From NCBI GenBank assembly GCA_964412585.1, contig CAYPPJ010000001.1, forward strand, positions 84,151-148,150: DNA of 64,000 bases. Reading direction: 5' to 3'. The position numbers and the translations under genes are program-made. Under the pieces are notes generated by a model. That model saw nothing but the letters and a program-made list of their open reading frames with translations, ran no database searches and was not told the origin of the DNA. Position 1 is the first letter of the stretch. Every line of letters starts with the position of its first letter. This document shows positions 1 to 10,000 of this stretch, piece by piece. This stretch comes from an uncultured Candidatus Saccharibacteria bacterium. GTDB lineage: Bacteria > Patescibacteriota > Minisyncoccia > Phycocordibacterales > PALSA-1337.

Positions 1-819
1 CTCCGCAACAATCTTCCCAATTTCCTCCTCAGATCTGATACCAATTTCTTTCAGTATATCAGTGCGCTTGATGACATCGGCGCAGGTAATGACATTGCGG
101 CCAACGAGATCTCTCTTGTGCTGATACGAAAGCGAAGTGATACACGTCACGGGATGTAGTTTAAACTTATCAATAATAGAGTGAAGATTTCCGCTCGACG
201 GATAGTTCCAGCCGATAAGCTTGAGTTTTGTGCACGCACCATACTTGACCGCTTGCTCCGTAAACTTGGTATTAGTAAACAACCATCGCTCATTGAGCTT
301 GCGCTTTCTACCACCAAAATCAAACTCATTGCCAGCAATATCGTCAAAACGTGCCTTTACATAGAGTGCAACCTTCACATCGGACTTGAGACCAAACTCA
401 TGATGAAATTTTGCCTCAACCATAGCGAGCGCGTCGCTTCTCCAAGCTACGACGTCCACTTCGTGTTCGATGCATGAACCCATGATTTGCTGATCAGTCA
501 GTGTCTCATAACCCCAAGCATGAAATATGCGCGCCACGAATTTTTCAAATGGGAATCCATCAGGGCCGAGCTCGGCCAGTGCACGGCGTACAGAATATTT
601 GACTGCTGTAGGTACTGAGCGTTTTCGAAGCAATGAAAACGCGTGACCATAAATCTCATTGGTGGTCATACCATCTTTCATGCCCGCTTCGACTTTTTCC
701 GCGATCTCATCGATCGACTCATCTGACGCACCTGCATGACGCAACGAGTTGATCAGCTTTTCTTCTTCAAAAAGCTGTTTGGTACCGTCGGATTTTGTTA
801 TATAGATCAGATGGTTCAT
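1..819 (-). CDS. ATP-cone domain + PD-(D/E)xK restriction endonuclease-like protein (3' end runs off the window; absent from the ORF track)
   Basis: Manual translation from ATG at 819 is open to base 1: MNHLIYITKSDGTKQLFEEEKLINSLRHAG (ATP-cone start), then GFPFEKFVARIF...EHEVDVVA...MVEAKFH (Mrr-like nuclease motif). Confidence 0.8.
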   Translation of the reverse strand, partial: MNHLIYITKSDGTKQLFEEEKLINSLRHAGASDESIDEIAEKVEAGMKDGMTTNEIYGHAFSLLRKRSVPTAVKYSVRRALAELGPDGFPFEKFVARIFHAWGYETLTDQQIMGSCIEHEVDVVAWRSDALAMVEAKFHHEFGLKSDVKVALYVKARFDDIAGNEFDFGGRKRKLNERWLFTNTKFTEQAVKYGACTKLKLIGWNYPSSGNLHSIIDKFKLHPVTCITSLSYQHKRDLVGRNVITCADVIKRTDILKEIGIRSEEEIGKIVAE

Positions 820-826
820 AAAAACA

Positions 827-1567
827 TTATAACAGACCCTGACTCAATGGGACGATCCTATATCCACGACTCTCTACTTCGGTAAATACTTCATCAAGAA
901 TGCGCCCAGTGATGGTATCTCCGATATGCATAAGAATAATAGAACCTGGATCGATATTGGCATATATCCGTGCCTTTGCTTCTGCATCAGTAAAACCCTC
1001 TGTCTCCATCCAATCACCCGCATCAACAGTCCACATGACAGCACGATACCCATTGCGAGCAGCAACAGCCAATACGTCTTTGTTATATTCACCAAATGGT
1101 GGTCGGAAATAAGGCTTGGTCGAGGAGCCTATGAGCGAAATGACTGAAGCATCCATCAACGTCAATTGTTCGGCGATCTCAGACCATCTCAGTGAGGGCA
1201 AATGTGGGTGCGAATATGAGTGGTTATAAATATCGTGACCCGCAGCGTGTATTCGCCGTACTAACCCAGGATTTCTCTCAACCCATTTTCCGGTAAGGAA
1301 AAAGGTGCCATGAGTGTGATGGCGTTCCAATACAGCAAGTATCTGCTCCGCAGACTGGTTGCCTTCACCTCCGTCAAAGGTAAATATAACTTGATGGGTG
1401 TCCGTTGAGCCTTGGTGTATTGGTGATGGTACCGTGCCGGCAAATGGCACATGGACCATAGGCGTCAACGTCGGCATCGGTTGAATAGTACGTTCATGCG
1501 CATACAAAATAACAACGACAAGCAAAATAATAAGCGCTGAAATACTACGGCGATGGTGTGAATCCAT
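827..1567 (-). CDS. Polysaccharide deacetylase (CE4/NodB), membrane-anchored
   Basis: TFDGG, HSYSH, RPPFG, DAGDW and ILMH motifs; N-terminal TM; start placed 6 nt after TATAAT. Confidence 0.9.
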   Translation of the reverse strand: MDSHHRRSISALIILLVVVILYAHERTIQPMPTLTPMVHVPFAGTVPSPIHQGSTDTHQVIFTFDGGEGNQSAEQILAVLERHHTHGTFFLTGKWVERNPGLVRRIHAAGHDIYNHSYSHPHLPSLRWSEIAEQLTLMDASVISLIGSSTKPYFRPPFGEYNKDVLAVAARNGYRAVMWTVDAGDWMETEGFTDAEAKARIYANIDPGSIILMHIGDTITGRILDEVFTEVESRGYRIVPLSQGLL

Positions 1568-1590
1568 GCACACATTATAGCGTGTACTCC

Positions 1591-2679
1591 CTATTTGCCA
1601 CTAATTATTCCCCCGCCGAGACAGATATCACCACTATACACAACAATAGACTGACCTGGCGACAATGTTGATTGTGGTTTAACAAAGTGAATTGTCGTAT
1701 TATCGCTCGCACGTATACCCTGTAGTTCTTCACGATATCTAGAACGTGCTAACAATGGTGCATCCAGTGGTATAGAACCCTGATTCCAGTTTATCTGCTC
1801 GAGCACAGCAGTTGACAGTGCTGTTGCCAAACTTCCATCAGGTTGTTTTTTGGAAACAGTGAGTGTATTCGCTTCGATATCTTTTGCAACCACATACACA
1901 GGCTCGTCGGTAGGTGTTTTTTTGGTAATAGTGAAGCCATGTCGCTCGCCAATAGTATAAAATACTGCCCCATCGTGAGTACCAATAACAGTACCTGCCT
2001 GGTCAAGCACCTTTCCTTTTTGTATTGGAATGTAGTGCGACAAAAATTCTTTCACATCGATTTTTCCAATAAAACAAAGTCCCTGACTGTCTTTTTTATC
2101 TGCGTTGGGAAGTTTGAACTTCTGAGCAAGAGCCCTTACTACAGGCTTTTCCATATCTCCGACCGGGAAGATGGTTTTTGAAAGCTGTTTTTGCGTAAGT
2201 GTCCATAAAAAATATGACTGATCCTTATTTGGATCTTTTCCGGCCAAAAGCTGAAACATGCCATCTGACTTCCGCTCAATGCGTGCATAGTGACCAGTTG
2301 CGACAACATCAGCGCCATTCTTCATGGCCCAGTCAAAAAAACCGCCAAATTTAACTGATTTGTTACACATAACATCTGGATTTGGCGTTCTACCGGCTCG
2401 ATATTCAGCAATCATATAATCAACTACCCCTTCTTTGTATTCTTTTTCGAGATCAAGTGTCAGAAATGGAATACCAAGATGCGCAGCAACTCTCATGGCA
2501 TCTTGTCTATCTTCTCGCCACGTACACTCGAGCCAGTCAGGCTGCCAGACCTTGATGAAGACTCCTGTTACGTCGTAGCCAGCTTTTTGGAGAAGTGCGG
2601 CCGAAACTGACGAGTCTACCCCGCCAGACATGCCCACAAAGACACGTTCTTTTCTTGATGTAAGCTCGTCTTGACGCAT
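1591..2679 (-). CDS. mnmA: tRNA-specific 2-thiouridylase
   Basis: GMSGGVDS, TPNPDVMCN, ATGHYA, KDQSYFL, DSQGLCF motifs. Confidence 0.97.
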   Translation of the reverse strand: MRQDELTSRKERVFVGMSGGVDSSVSAALLQKAGYDVTGVFIKVWQPDWLECTWREDRQDAMRVAAHLGIPFLTLDLEKEYKEGVVDYMIAEYRAGRTPNPDVMCNKSVKFGGFFDWAMKNGADVVATGHYARIERKSDGMFQLLAGKDPNKDQSYFLWTLTQKQLSKTIFPVGDMEKPVVRALAQKFKLPNADKKDSQGLCFIGKIDVKEFLSHYIPIQKGKVLDQAGTVIGTHDGAVFYTIGERHGFTITKKTPTDEPVYVVAKDIEANTLTVSKKQPDGSLATALSTAVLEQINWNQGSIPLDAPLLARSRYREELQGIRASDNTTIHFVKPQSTLSPGQSIVVYSGDICLGGGIISGK

Positions 2680-2755
2680 ATAGAAAAATAATATATAACT
2701 AAAATTGAATTCGAGCAAGTTTGCTCCTCAAAACTACAACAACGATTGGAACTCT

Positions 2756-3238
2756 ATGAATCATATAATCCGTGACCAGATATTGGCTGGTTTGTTTGTC
2801 TCGGGCCTCATCTTAGGCCTTCTAGCCCTGATATCAATCTTCATCTTTGCAAGCGAACGAAAGAAATTCATTGCACGGATCGTGTGCGGACTGGCCTTCG
2901 GAGTCGCCGCGTTTGTCGTCATTTTTTCTCCAGAGGCCGATTCAACCACAAAACCTCTCGCCCAAGTCGGTTCCCTCGAACCCGGTTGTTACGCCATTGA
3001 CGACGTCTGGCAGATCGGCAAACAATCCTGTGCCATCATACGGCCCGTCACCATCACACACATCGATCCCGTGCTCAAACAGGCGACGGTGATGGTGCTG
3101 AGCGAGCACTGGATAGTATGCGACGTAAACGACACCGACATTCATGGCCGAGATGCGGGGCGTCTTTTTACTGGGTATGCGATCGTTGCATCAACCAACG
3201 GGGCTCGCCGTCTGCAGGCATACGACCCATTCAAGTGA
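2756..3238 (+). CDS. Hypothetical membrane protein (2 N-terminal TM)
   Basis: 160-aa ORF with hydrophobic N-terminus, followed by a terminator. Confidence 0.6.
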   Translation: MNHIIRDQILAGLFVSGLILGLLALISIFIFASERKKFIARIVCGLAFGVAAFVVIFSPEADSTTKPLAQVGSLEPGCYAIDDVWQIGKQSCAIIRPVTITHIDPVLKQATVMVLSEHWIVCDVNDTDIHGRDAGRLFTGYAIVASTNGARRLQAYDPFK

Positions 3239-3264
3239 GCTGAGCATACAGCTTGATCCTTCCT

Positions 3265-3295
3265 CGCCTCGCCGAATTCCGGTGAGGCTTTTTAT
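3265..3295 (+). terminator. Rho-independent terminator
   Basis: GCCTCGCCG-AATTC-CGGTGAGGC followed by a T-run. Confidence 0.75.
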
Positions 3296-4287
3296 TGCAA
3301 ATATTTCTGCTTATTAATCACGTGCCCATCATGCGTCGTGGCATAATGGGTAATGCCATTTCCATCAGCTAGATAAAAATAGTAAGGCGTCGAAACGGGA
3401 TATAATGTTGCTTTTATCGCATCTAACCCCGGGTTAGTTATCGGCGTTGGTGGCAGTCCCTTGTTGAGATACGTATTATAAGGTGAAGTTGTCGCCAGAT
3501 CTTTCAATGTTATTCCACCCGTTTTCTTATTGAAAATATAATAGAATGGCACATCCACTTGAAGCGCCATGCCCTTTTCAATACGTTTCCAGAGGACACC
3601 CGCAATAATCTGTCTATCAACATATTTGTTAGCTTCTTTTTCCACGATCGAAGCCATGATCATAATATCTTTGAGAGAATGAGTTGACGTAGCAATCGCA
3701 TCCTCGAGCGACTTGATCGCCACATCGAACTGATCACGCATCATTGTGACCAGTTCACTCGGGGTAACGTCCGGGTCAACAAAGTATGTTTCTGGAAACA
3801 GATATCCTTCGAGAGGTTTTGCCTCGGCAAGAAACGCACCACCATCAAATCCCGGAATACTTTTCTGCGCCAATGCAGCTATATCTTTTGCGCTCGTACC
3901 CTCAAATACAGTCAATTTTATCTTTTCAACATTTTTTATGCCGTACGCCGCGCGATATGCCACACGCAAAGCTGATTGCGGTTGATCAAAAAGATAGCTA
4001 CCTGCCTGTACCCCCTTTCCATCATGAAGAAGTACGACGTATATCTTAAATAAATACGCAGATTTGATTATCCCCTTTTCCTTGAACAGTGATGCGGTAG
4101 CGGATACCGTCATGTCTTTATTAATACGAATGATTGCATTGCGGGGAAACGTTGATGGCGCGACCGAATAACAAACCGCCGTGATGACGCACGCGACAAT
4201 CACTACCAAAATGGCCGTAATGGCCACTTTGTATTTAGCAAGAGACTGTCGGCATAACCGGAGTATTCGTTTACGTGAAAAATACAT
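3292..4287 (-). CDS. mltG: Endolytic transglycosylase MltG (YceG)
   Basis: LEGYLFPETY, MASIVEKEA, SPYNTY, GLPPTPITNPG motifs. Confidence 0.95.
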   Translation of the reverse strand: MYFSRKRILRLCRQSLAKYKVAITAILVVIVACVITAVCYSVAPSTFPRNAIIRINKDMTVSATASLFKEKGIIKSAYLFKIYVVLLHDGKGVQAGSYLFDQPQSALRVAYRAAYGIKNVEKIKLTVFEGTSAKDIAALAQKSIPGFDGGAFLAEAKPLEGYLFPETYFVDPDVTPSELVTMMRDQFDVAIKSLEDAIATSTHSLKDIMIMASIVEKEANKYVDRQIIAGVLWKRIEKGMALQVDVPFYYIFNKKTGGITLKDLATTSPYNTYLNKGLPPTPITNPGLDAIKATLYPVSTPYYFYLADGNGITHYATTHDGHVINKQKYLQ

Positions 4288-4302
4288 ATAACAACGTGGT
4301 AA

Positions 4303-5577
4303 TTATATCGGAAGGTTTGAAGGTGCCTCGGACTTCTTTGATGGCAAGCGTTCCAACGTAGGGGTTGCTGCAACAGAGCCAGGGAAATGAAAAAGTGTTG
4401 CTAACTCCTCACTATTGAGCACAAACGGCTTTTTGTCTGCTGGAGCATAAAAATACGAGCGACGTTTGTACAGCGCCAAAGCCTCCTCTGAGTAACGATT
4501 GCGGCGAATATCTTTGTAGTCATGCCACGGGTCTGTGATCTTCGCATGCCAGACATCACCTTTTGGCTTGAATCCATTGAGGGACTCTGAGCTAAAATGT
4601 TTGAAGCTTGAAATCGTACCGCCGGCGCCAACGATACGGTTGAATACATCGCTTTTACCAATGTATAACGCGCGAATACCGACATCAAATCCTTGTTTGG
4701 TGACACTACGTTCAACAGCTTCAATAATCGCTTGTTCACCCTTAGAAATCGTCGGGAGTTTTGCATAACCACTATCAGGATTGATCTCACCCGAGACTTT
4801 TGATTTTGCGTCACGGATCAAGATATCATTAACAATTTTCTTTGCTTGATCTTGCCACGCATCAGTCTTCTCAAAAAAACTTCCGGGTTTTGGCTGTTCT
4901 TTTTTGTGCGCACGCATGAGTATTTGTATCCAAATCTGTTGATTGGGTCCGACACTTCCGAGAAACTCGAGCATTGGTGTCAACGGATCAATCTTGAACT
5001 CTTCCTTCGGATCCTTATCAAGACCATAGTCAACATACGTCTTTATTGGATACGCATCGGGTTTTGTTAAGGTAAATTCATTTGCCCATATTTTCATCGT
5101 TTTTGGGTCAAAGTGAACTGATTGCGCATAGTCCCCACTTTCATGGACTTCTATACCTGGAAATTGCGAATACAATCCGGTGATCACACCGCCCTTGCGT
5201 CTGTCTTCGGTCCATATGAAAAATTTGACCTTGCCTTCGATAGAAACCATTTCGAGCGAATACCAGGGGCGCACTTCACCCTTCCAATATTGTGCAAACC
5301 AGCTTCCGTCAGAAGTATTGTGAAGCGATTGGAGAAATACTTCCATGGCCAATGGAGATTTGAACGTATCCTTGGGTAGTTTGAGTTCAAGGACGGTGTA
5401 TTTCAGTGAAAGAAAGAATTTGGATCGCACGTAACGAACCCAGAGTGGCCAAAAAATGAGAGCAAGGAGGATGACGAGCGCAACGGGGGCAATGAAAATT
5501 GCGTATTGTACCGCCTGTGGAATAATGATTGACTGCAAATCACTGGTCAATACAGAAAATAGCTGGTCAATGGACAT
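4303..5577 (-). CDS. Conserved hypothetical protein with a single N-terminal TM (CPR-type)
   Basis: 424-aa ORF; YPIKTY and LNSEELATLFHFP motifs resemble a conserved Patescibacteria family. Confidence 0.65.
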   Translation of the reverse strand: MSIDQLFSVLTSDLQSIIIPQAVQYAIFIAPVALVILLALIFWPLWVRYVRSKFFLSLKYTVLELKLPKDTFKSPLAMEVFLQSLHNTSDGSWFAQYWKGEVRPWYSLEMVSIEGKVKFFIWTEDRRKGGVITGLYSQFPGIEVHESGDYAQSVHFDPKTMKIWANEFTLTKPDAYPIKTYVDYGLDKDPKEEFKIDPLTPMLEFLGSVGPNQQIWIQILMRAHKKEQPKPGSFFEKTDAWQDQAKKIVNDILIRDAKSKVSGEINPDSGYAKLPTISKGEQAIIEAVERSVTKQGFDVGIRALYIGKSDVFNRIVGAGGTISSFKHFSSESLNGFKPKGDVWHAKITDPWHDYKDIRRNRYSEEALALYKRRSYFYAPADKKPFVLNSEELATLFHFPGSVAATPTLERLPSKKSEAPSNLPI

Positions 5578-5601
5578 GTCAATATTATATCAATAACTCG
5601 T

Positions 5602-5740
5602 TAACTAACAAAGCGGCTCGTACGAGTACCTCAGAGACACGGAAACTTTGCGCACAAAGTTTCCTAGTCCTCGCCGATTTTGTGCTCAAAATCGGCTGTG
5701 GATGTCTCTTCAGTACTGTACTACACCGCTGTGTTAGTTA
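5602..5740. repeat. Y-shaped nested inverted-repeat element
   Basis: Outer arms TAACTAACA/TGTTAGTTA, AGCGG/CCGCT and AGAGACA/TGTCTCT enclose two perfect 10-bp hairpins (5641-5664, 5673-5696). Confidence 0.75.
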
Positions 5741-6775
5741 GGCAGATACAGAGTATTTGCCGTCCTTGTCCTTCTTGAAATATTTTGGATTCTGCAAATT
5801 GACTGCAATAGTGTTTTCCTTGACGTAGCGCTCCTTCATAACCTTGGCAACAATCTCTTCCTTGGTCATTGGGCCATGCTTTTCAAGCACGAGGCGGATA
5901 ACGTCACGAACGATGCCAGGCGCATATCCCCATTCTGCAAGAGCGTAGAGACCACGGCCGACAAGTACGAAACGAGGATCCTTGATGAGTTCATTGTGGG
6001 TGGTTGCAACATGAGCCTTTTTCTTGAACATAACCATGATCTGTTTTGCAACATCACGGAAATGGATCGGAGAACCGTGCTTACGGATAACGAGGAAAGC
6101 GTAATCGCGCATACCCTTGGTCTTGATATTTGAAGAATGTGATGCACCCCAATCACCGAGAGCATTGACGCCAATAGCTTTTGAGAGCTTGAGCCAGCGC
6201 TTCATGATCTCCTGATTCTTGTAGCGTTCTGAAACGCCCTCGAGATGCTGGAGAAACTTGTTGATCATTTCTGACTCAGGAAGAAGATCTTGCGTGTTGA
6301 GGTTTGTATACAATTTGCGGAGCGCGATCTCAACTTGAGAAGCGAGTTCCTCATTGACGTGCCAGCGGTGATTGAAATCATCATCTTCCTTGCGCTTCTT
6401 GAATGGTTCACCAATAACCAAAAGGAAATGAACATGATTCTGAAGGCTCTTATCCTTTGAAACATGGCCGAGAAAATCTTCTTCCACGACAATGCCGCCC
6501 AATGCATGAAGCGTATTTTCGAGCTCAGCAAAAACAGCCTTTTCAAGCTTGTATTCATCTGACTTGCGAACCATACCAAGAGCATAGTTTTCGATCTGAC
6601 GGACACGCTCACGAGTAATGCCATACTTTTTACCGATAGCATCAAGAGTCATACGGCGAGTGTCAGAACCGAGTCCGTAGCGATAGATAATCACATCACG
6701 GGCACGATCAGGGAGAGATGAGAGGAGACGCTTAACGATCTGCTTGGGTTTGAAGGAAATTGTTGAAGAAGCCAT
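5738..6775 (-). CDS. Sigma-70 region-4-like HTH protein with C-terminal HARE-HTH / RNAP delta-like winged helices
   Basis: N-terminal LPDRARDVIIYRYGL...TLDAIGKKYGITRERVRQIE; C-terminal THNELIKDPRFVLVGRGLYALAEW; no sigma region 2 visible. Confidence 0.8.
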   Translation of the reverse strand: MASSTISFKPKQIVKRLLSSLPDRARDVIIYRYGLGSDTRRMTLDAIGKKYGITRERVRQIENYALGMVRKSDEYKLEKAVFAELENTLHALGGIVVEEDFLGHVSKDKSLQNHVHFLLVIGEPFKKRKEDDDFNHRWHVNEELASQVEIALRKLYTNLNTQDLLPESEMINKFLQHLEGVSERYKNQEIMKRWLKLSKAIGVNALGDWGASHSSNIKTKGMRDYAFLVIRKHGSPIHFRDVAKQIMVMFKKKAHVATTHNELIKDPRFVLVGRGLYALAEWGYAPGIVRDVIRLVLEKHGPMTKEEIVAKVMKERYVKENTIAVNLQNPKYFKKDKDGKYSVSA

Positions 6776-6885
6776 GTAATTTGATAATAAATAATTGATA
6801 CATTTGTATCACTTGCTTGTAATAAAGTCAATTTCGTGGGAATGTCAGCATTCCCTACACCCAGGCTTGATGTATACACACTACC

Positions 6886-6894
6886 TTATCCACA
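6886..6894 (+). promoter_or_regulatory. DnaA box (perfect TTATCCACA)
   Basis: Exact consensus in the intergenic region upstream of the sigma-like gene. Confidence 0.45.
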
Positions 6895-6916
6895 GATTGT
6901 TGTCAAATGGGGGCTA

Positions 6917-7030
6917 CCAAACCATTCCGCGACAAGGGTTTCCTCATGCTGAAATGAAAAGACGGAGGTGTACGAAGTATGAGTGTGACTCTATTTCAGC
7001 ATTCGAAAACCCTGTCACTTCATGGTTTGG
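6917..7030. repeat. Long interrupted hairpin abutting the leuS stop codon
   Basis: CCAAACCAT/ATGGTTTGG, AGGGTTT/AAACCCT and ATGCTGAAAT/ATTTCAGCAT. Confidence 0.7.
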
Positions 7031-10000
7031 CTACACGACGACAATATTCACGAGTTTATTTGGTACAACAATAATCTTCTTCACTTCCTTCCCTTCTATC
7101 CACTTCAGGGCCTCAGGAATGGCCTTGGCACGGTTCTCAAGTTCCTCCTGTGATGAATCTGTAGGAACTGTGAATGAGCCACGCATTTTGCCATTTATTT
7201 GGACGATAATAGTGACCTCATCATCGGCTGCTAGAGTAGCATCATAGACTGGCCATGGTGCACAATTGATAGATTTCTTATTACCAAGTGATGCCCACAA
7301 TTCTTCAGTAACATGTGGTGCAAAAGGTGCGAGCAACTGGAGCAATACGCCATATTGCTCGCAATCGATAACCTGTACCTTCTCAAGTTCGTTTACAGTG
7401 ATCATAAGGGTGCTTATTGCTGTGTTGAAACGCATAGCTTCGATATCATCACTTACTTTTTTGATCGCTTTATGAATAATCTTATTCACCAGTATAACAT
7501 CACCGACTTTTTCATCGGTTTGAGCAACTACTTTTTCACGTAATTTCCACACACGTTCAATAAATCTGCGTACGCCTGCAATGTTATTTGTATCCCAGGC
7601 AATCGGCTGATCAAATGGTCCCATAAACATCTCATAGAGACGCAGCGAATCGGCTCCGACAGTGGCTACTATGCTGTCAGGATTGATCACATTGCCTTTT
7701 GACTTCGACATTTTGACTCCGCCTTCAGCCAAAATAAGTCCATGAGAGGTGCGCTTGGTATATGGCTCATCGGTCGGCACCAATCCGAGATCAAAAAGGA
7801 ACTTGTGCCAGAAGCGTGAATAGAGCAAATGCAATGTCGTGTGCTCCATGCCGCCGTTATACCAATCAACGGGAGTCCAATAGTCGAGATTCTTTTTGTC
7901 AGCAAATACTTTTTTGTTTTTAGGATCTACATAGCGCAAATAATACCAACTCGAGCCCGCCCAGTTTGGCATGGTATCAGTCTCACGCTGTGCTGGTCCC
8001 TTACATTGAGGACACTTTGTATTTACCCATGCAGTAATCGCTGCCAAAGGAGATTCGCCCGTTTCGGTTGGCTTGTAGTTTTTGACTGAAGGTAATTTGA
8101 TCGGCAAATCCTTTTCGGGTACCGGAACAAGGCCACACTTCTGACAGTTAACAACTGGTATTGGCTCACCCCAATAGCGCTGACGTGAGAAAATCCAATC
8201 GCGGAGTTTGAATGTGGTGATCCACTTTCCACCGACTGATTCGGTAATCTCTTTTTTGACCAATGACGACTCCTTACCACTGAATGATCCGGAATTTTCC
8301 AATATACCGTCACCAACAAAAGATGCGTCCGGCGAAACAAAGCGCTGCCAGAATGCCCAATCAGTGATTTTTGGATACAGAGCAGTCGGAATATCTTTTC
8401 GTGCTACCCACGAAATCTGCTGATGGTTGGACTCATGCTCAGCAACAGGTTGTTGTGCGCCGCTCTTCAACTCAAAATAATATCCATCCAACATGGCTGA
8501 ACGATTTTCATTTTTGTGTGGCGCAAAATGTTTTGCGTAGACATGACCGCCGAGTTTTTTCACCAACACAAAATCGGTAAATCCAGTCTCCTCTATAATC
8601 TCACGCTTTGCAGCCTCAACAGGATCTTCACCTGGATCAATGCCTCCAATGACAAAGGTCGTCCACCCATGTTTCGGCGCTTTGAGACAGAGGAATTCGT
8701 CCTTTTCCCAGTGCTTAACAATAGCTAGGATGCATTCACGTGCCACAGTCTTCACCCCAGGCCTCGATGCAAAATCACCTTGAGTGACATTGATAAGTGG
8801 TGCAACCACTTCTCGTACTGGTAATCCATATTTTTTTGCAAACATACCATCACGCTCATCATGTGCAGGAACAGCCATAACTGCGCCTTTACCATAATCT
8901 GCCAAGACGTAGTCAGCTATCCACACAGGAACTTCTTCCTTTTTTGCCGGGTTAATTGCTTTTACACCTTTTAACTCTACTCCTGTTTTTTCTTTTGTCG
9001 CATCTGTGCGTTCCATTTCTGATTCTTTTTTGACCTTGGCAATGTATAATTCAACCTCAGATTTATTTTCTACAACTGAAAGAAGCTCTTTAACCAGAGT
9101 ATGTTCAGGTGCAAGCACAACATAGGTCACACCAAAAAGAGTATCGGGACGGGTCGTGAAGACTTTAATCCTACGCGAACCAACCATACGAGGAACGAAC
9201 GTATCCTTGAGGAGCTCCTCAGTTTTTTTGTATCTCAAACTCTCATCTTGTTCTACCTTAAACTGTCCGGTCTCAACATATTTCAACAGCGACTCCATCG
9301 GGTACCCAGGTTGCGATTTTTCGGATCGTTCAGTTTGCAGATAATATTCATACGGTGATTGTTCAGCCGAAATTGTGCCTTTCTCATCAGTAAATGCAAG
9401 ACCGTAAATAAATTTAGCCTTTGAGGCACCTCCGACACCTTTCAAAAACTTGAGTGTGTATTCAATAACCTCTTCATCAGTAGCGCGACCACTCTTTGGA
9501 TTTGCTAATTTTCGAATATGATGAATAACACCACCATCTGTTGGCCACTTTTCAACCCAAAACACATGATCAGTTGAAATAGTTGGAATACCTGTCTTTT
9601 TGAAATAATATTCCGACTTCAATCGAGCATTCGCGAGATGATCATTACCTTCAACCAAATCAGAATCATCCAACGGCGGAAGATCATTTAGCGAAATGAG
9701 TTCCAATTGACTCACATCCTTGAGACAGGTCTTGACCATCATTATTTTTGCTTCGTTTCTCGTTCCAATAAGAACCCGTCGCTTCTGGACATCAGACTTA
9801 ATGGAAAATTCAAGTTCAGCCCCCTCACTCTTCCCTATCCAATTTCGCTGCTGCTCCTTGATCGCGTCCTTCCAATCCAACAAAGGTTTACCAAATGACT
9901 CAGCGGTGATAGCCGGATTCAGAAACTTTGCCCACACGTATCTCTGTGAATCAGGCGAGACAAAGGCAGTCATTTCTTCTTTTGAGAGCCACACCACCTC

